From: an uncultured Lachnospiraceae bacterium
GTDB taxonomy: Bacteria > Bacillota > Clostridia > Lachnospirales > Lachnospiraceae
NCBI GenBank assembly: GCA_910586615.1
Contig: CAJUJP010000002.1
Location: 57,213 to 121,212, forward strand
Direction of reading: 5' to 3'
Length of the DNA stretch: 64,000 nucleotides
The position numbers and the translations under genes were made by a program. The notes beneath the pieces are model-generated. The model searched no databases. It saw only the letters and a list, made by a program, of their open reading frames with translations, and was not told the origin of the DNA. Below, one piece after another: positions 60,301-64,000 of this stretch; positions within the stretch are counted from its first letter, which is position 1, and the number at the start of each line of letters is the position of its first letter.

Positions 60301-61425
60301 ATGGAGTGTATTAGCATCAGTCACAAGACTGCGCGGTCTGCAGACAGGCAGAAATGCTGTATTCCGAAGGAAAAAACTGAGGATTATCTGAGAGAGATTA
60401 TGAAGCTGGACAGGGTGGACGGATGTGTCCTCCTGTCCACTTGCAATCGCACGGAGCTGTATGTGCAGGGCGAAGAGAACAGTTTCGGCGGACTGGAGTA
60501 TATCATGGCGAAGGCGGCGGGAAGCGATGCGGCATGGCTTCGCGGCATAGTCAGAAGATATCAGGGAAAGAAGGCGATTCGGCATCTTTTCCGGGTGGTC
60601 TGCGGTATGGAGTCCATGGTCATCGGAGAGGATGAGATCCTGGGACAGGTGCGGGATGCCTATACATACGCTCAGGAGGCGGGCTGTACCGGTTATGAGT
60701 TAAACAGTATTTTTCAGGCGGCGCTGGCATGTGCCAAACGGGTGAAGACAGAGACACTGCTCTCTAAGACATCCGTATCTGTGGCGACACTGGCGGCAAA
60801 TGAAGTGTTCCGGCTGCCCCTGCCGCACAAGACGGTGCTTCTGATCGGCAGCAGCGGACAGATGGGCGGCATTATCCTGAAAGATCTGTTGAGCAGAGAA
60901 GAGATTCGCGTGATCGCTACTGTCAGATCCCATAACGGGATATACCAGAGCAGTCATGCCCGTGTGGAAAATGTCGATTATCAGAACCGGTATGATTATC
61001 TGGATGAGGCGGATGTCATTATTTCCGCGACGTCCAGCCCGCATTATACGCTGACGGCGGATCGGGTGCGCCAATCTGTGAAGAGCGTGAAAGAACGGCT
61101 TTTCCTGGATATATCCATGCCGCCGGATATCGACGAGGATATTGCGGACATAGAAGGCTGCCGCCTGACCGCGCTGGATGATATCCATAAGCTTGCGGAA
61201 GAGAATAACCGATTGAAACAGCAGGCGATTGTGGATGCAGAAGAGATTCTTGAGGAAGATCTGGAAAAAATATGCAAAGCGCTTTCGTTCCACCGTTTCA
61301 CGCATACCCATGCCGACTGGAAGGAAAGGTATGCGGACTGCCCGGCGGAAAAACTGATCTATCTGTTGCGGGACAGGCTTGACAGCGTGACGTTTGAGGC
61401 GGTTCTGACAGTGCTGGACAGGTAA
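60301..61425 (+). CDS. hemA: Glutamyl-tRNA reductase
   Basis: ISHKTA, LSTCNRTE catalytic Cys, GEDEILGQV, SATSSPH, LDISMPPDID. Confidence 0.93.
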   Translation: MECISISHKTARSADRQKCCIPKEKTEDYLREIMKLDRVDGCVLLSTCNRTELYVQGEENSFGGLEYIMAKAAGSDAAWLRGIVRRYQGKKAIRHLFRVVCGMESMVIGEDEILGQVRDAYTYAQEAGCTGYELNSIFQAALACAKRVKTETLLSKTSVSVATLAANEVFRLPLPHKTVLLIGSSGQMGGIILKDLLSREEIRVIATVRSHNGIYQSSHARVENVDYQNRYDYLDEADVIISATSSPHYTLTADRVRQSVKSVKERLFLDISMPPDIDEDIADIEGCRLTALDDIHKLAEENNRLKQQAIVDAEEILEEDLEKICKALSFHRFTHTHADWKERYADCPAEKLIYLLRDRLDSVTFEAVLTVLDR

Positions 61426-61429
61426 GGAT

Positions 61430-61933
61430 CTATACGTGCAGAACCGCTTTTTCCAGGCGCAGCAGCGACAGCTTTCTGTCGATTCCACTGGCATATCCGG
61501 TCAGGCTTCCGTTAGCACCGATGACTCTGTGGCAAGGAACGATAATAGATATTTTATTGTGTCCCACCGCGCCGCCCACTGCCTGCGCGGACATGCGGGA
61601 AAGACCTTTTTGGACGTCAATTTCTTTCGCAATTTCCCCGTAAGTGACGGTTTTTCCGTAAGGGATTCTTTGCAGGATGGACCAGACCGCGAGCTGAAAG
61701 GGCGTGCCTGTCATGTGAAGCGGCGGCAGGAAATCAGGTTCTTTGCCCGAAAAATACACTGTCAGCCATTCTTTTGCCTGGTCGAGGACAGGTGTATTCT
61801 TTTCTTCCCGTTCCGGATCCAGTCCTGCGGCATAGTATTTTGCGCCGTCAAACCATAATCCGGACAGGCCGGTTTCGTCGGCGGCAAGGAGAATCCCGCC
61901 GAGAGGGGAACGATAGTGATTGATATACTGCAT
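61430..61933 (-). CDS. ogt: Methylated-DNA--protein-cysteine methyltransferase
   Basis: SPLG, GTPFQLAVW, IPYG...TYG, AVGGAVG.N, VPCHRV active site; GGAGG RBS before ATG 61933. Confidence 0.95.
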   Translation of the reverse strand: MQYINHYRSPLGGILLAADETGLSGLWFDGAKYYAAGLDPEREEKNTPVLDQAKEWLTVYFSGKEPDFLPPLHMTGTPFQLAVWSILQRIPYGKTVTYGEIAKEIDVQKGLSRMSAQAVGGAVGHNKISIIVPCHRVIGANGSLTGYASGIDRKLSLLRLEKAVLHV

Positions 61934-62132
61934 CTGGCGTACCTCCTGATCATTTTGCTTTGGGTTTATAATAAGCATAGCATGATTCTTATGGCTTGGC
62001 CAGTCTCCTGGTTGCAGCCGGAAAATAGGAAGGCTCTTATCGCTGCCGCCAGCAGGCATTTGAGTGAAGCACAGAAAGCTATAATAGGAAGGAAACCGGT
62101 TTTTAACGGTTATGGTATAGGTGGCTGAGGAT

Positions 62133-63029
62133 ATGAAAATACAAATCAGGAGCATAGACGGGGACTTTTCCGTCTGCAAGGTCTCAGATTATTCACAGGT
62201 AAATCTCCGTGCAGAATACTGTTTCTTAGGGAAAACAGAGGAAGAAAATTCACTGGTCTGTCTGACAAAGGACGTCCCGGATAACGTTAGCGAGCGGGAA
62301 GACGGCTGGAAAGCATTTCGGATACAGGGCGTGCTGGATTTTTCATTGATAGGCATCTTATCTGAAATATCAACGCTGCTGGCAGAGAACCGGATCGGGA
62401 TTTTTGCCATATCGACTTACAACACGGATTACATTCTGACGAAGCGCGACAATTATGAAAAGGCGATGCGGGTATTAGAAGACGCCGGATATGCGCAGAA
62501 AGACAACAGAATCAAAAACGCTTCGGACCATACGGTAGAGATCAGACCTGTTTTAAACACGGATGATTGGCTGGCAATCAGTCATGTCTATGAGCAGAGT
62601 TGGAAACATGCGTACCGCGGTATCATTCCCGATACATGGCTTGCACGGATTCCATCGGGGCAGTGGGCCAACGGACTTAAAGCCCCGGACCGCTTGTCTC
62701 TGCTGTTGATCGAGGATGGAAAGATATGCGGTTCGGCATCCTATAGTCATGCAAGAATGGAAGAGATGAAGGGGTATGGCGAGATTATTTCGATTTATCT
62801 GCTGCCGGAAATGATGCATAAGGGATATGGATATCAGTTAATGCAGGCTGTGATTTCTGCATTATATGATATCGGTTATCAGAAAGTCTATTTGTGGGTT
62901 CTGGAGGAAAATAAGGATGCACGCCGGTTTTATGAGCGGTTCGGATTCGTACAGAAGGACTGGAGGCAGATGGATATTTATGACGGAAAAGAAGTGGCGG
63001 AGCTGATGTATGTGTATGAGATAGAGTGA
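62133..63029 (+). CDS. ACT-domain/GNAT acetyltransferase fusion
   Basis: N-terminal LDFSLIGILSEI..LAEN.I.IFAISTYNTDYIL (CASTOR-type ACT); C-terminal IYLLP...KGYG, LWVLEEN..ARRFYERFGF (GNAT). Confidence 0.88.
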   Translation: MKIQIRSIDGDFSVCKVSDYSQVNLRAEYCFLGKTEEENSLVCLTKDVPDNVSEREDGWKAFRIQGVLDFSLIGILSEISTLLAENRIGIFAISTYNTDYILTKRDNYEKAMRVLEDAGYAQKDNRIKNASDHTVEIRPVLNTDDWLAISHVYEQSWKHAYRGIIPDTWLARIPSGQWANGLKAPDRLSLLLIEDGKICGSASYSHARMEEMKGYGEIISIYLLPEMMHKGYGYQLMQAVISALYDIGYQKVYLWVLEENKDARRFYERFGFVQKDWRQMDIYDGKEVAELMYVYEIE

Positions 63030-63386
63030 TATAGAATATGACAGTCACTGTCATATCCTTTCCCTGATGGCGCTGTGCAGTCCGGAAAATACTTCTTCGT
63101 AACGGTTACAATCCTTTAGGCGCATAACAGTCACATGAAGTAAAAAATTATAATTCTGACAAAATATATTTACAATTTCGAAAATTATATGCTATAGTAA
63201 TGAAAAGCATATTTTCTACATATAACAGATCATTAATTTCTATCATTAAATTCTAAGTTTCAGAAAATCCATGCTTTGTTCCCAATTATTAATTACAGAG
63301 GCAGGGGAGTCTGAAACAGTTCTCCTGTGCCGGACAGTCCGATTCAGTTTGAAAAAGGTCTGTCAATCATCAAAGGAGGACATTAG

Positions 63387-64000
63387 ATGAACGCAACAGA
63401 TGTACAACGTAACTTTAAAGACACAGTATTCCGTATGCTTTTTAAGGAAAAGAAAAACCTGCTGAATCTGTACAATGCACTGAACAGAACGACATACACA
63501 AATACAGATGATCTGGAAATCACGACACTGGAAAATGCAGTTTATATGAATTATAAGAATGATATTTCCTTTGTGTTTGACTTTGAGTTAATGCTCTATG
63601 AACATCAGTCTACATACAATCCTAACATGCCGTTGCGGGATCTGCTTTATGTGAGCAGTGTATTACATAATCGGGTCAAAGATGAGAATCTCTATAGCAA
63701 GAAGCTCATTAAAATTCCGACACCGCAATTTGTTGTATTCTATAATGGAGTGGACTCTCAGCCGGAACAGCAGATTCTCCGATTGTCAGATGCTTTTGAG
63801 AAAAGACAGGAGAGACCGGTGCTGGAACTGGCGGTACTTGTTTACAATATCAATTTAGGACACAATCAGGAATTACTGGATACATGCTGCCTGTTAAAAG
63901 AGTATGCGCAGTATGTGGAACAGGTCAGGACTTTTGCAAAGAAAATGTCTTTTCCGGAAGCAGTCGAGCAGGCAGTGGAACATTGTATCAGAAACGGAAT
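63387..64000 (+). CDS. Rpn/YhgA-like PD-(D/E)XK nuclease or putative transposase (partial, runs off window)
   Basis: Open frame MNATDVQRNFKDTVFRMLF...LLNLYNAL...NDISF...EHQSTYNPNMPLR...FVVFYNG; AAAGGAGG RBS; missing from the ORF track because there is no stop in the window. Confidence 0.8.
   Translation, partial: MNATDVQRNFKDTVFRMLFKEKKNLLNLYNALNRTTYTNTDDLEITTLENAVYMNYKNDISFVFDFELMLYEHQSTYNPNMPLRDLLYVSSVLHNRVKDENLYSKKLIKIPTPQFVVFYNGVDSQPEQQILRLSDAFEKRQERPVLELAVLVYNINLGHNQELLDTCCLLKEYAQYVEQVRTFAKKMSFPEAVEQAVEHCIRNG

Overview
Chromosomal window from a spore-forming, low-to-mid-GC Firmicute. Gene content and order suggest Clostridia, most likely Lachnospiraceae (inference). Core genes: the end of the F1Fo ATP synthase operon (atpH 3' end, atpAGDC), prs, a DnaD-domain gene with a DnaC/DnaI-like ATPase, murC, glgC/glgD, spoVG, pth, mfd and spoVT. 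Accessory genes: queT with a preQ1-I riboswitch, a 1609-aa secreted Ig-repeat/beta-helix protein, an ECF sigma/RsiV-like pair, a cysteine desulfurase, a 33-aa ORF with an SOS box, a GH5 lipoprotein, an alpha/beta-hydrolase/MurF-like/Ddl cassette, an Opp-type ABC transporter, ogt, an ACT-GNAT fusion and a truncated Rpn-like nuclease. Four signals stand out. (1) A catabolic cluster at 46.7-57.5 kb (ribokinase, creatininase, ADP-ribosylglycohydrolase, nucleoside-type ABC transporter, ureidoglycolate-lyase-like cupin, LacI-ribokinase fusion) that could degrade an N-ribosylated guanidino compound such as creatine/creatinine riboside. (2) An 861-aa fusion of CoA-disulfide reductase, rhodanese, a sulfite-reductase-like domain and ferredoxin, next to hemA. 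(3) A 45-nt double-hairpin intergenic repeat in three copies with compensatory base changes. (4) A DnaA-box cluster plus a LexA box upstream of the dnaD/dnaC-like operon. No rRNA, tRNA, CRISPR array or intact IS transposase was recognised. All calls were made by eye, without database searches.
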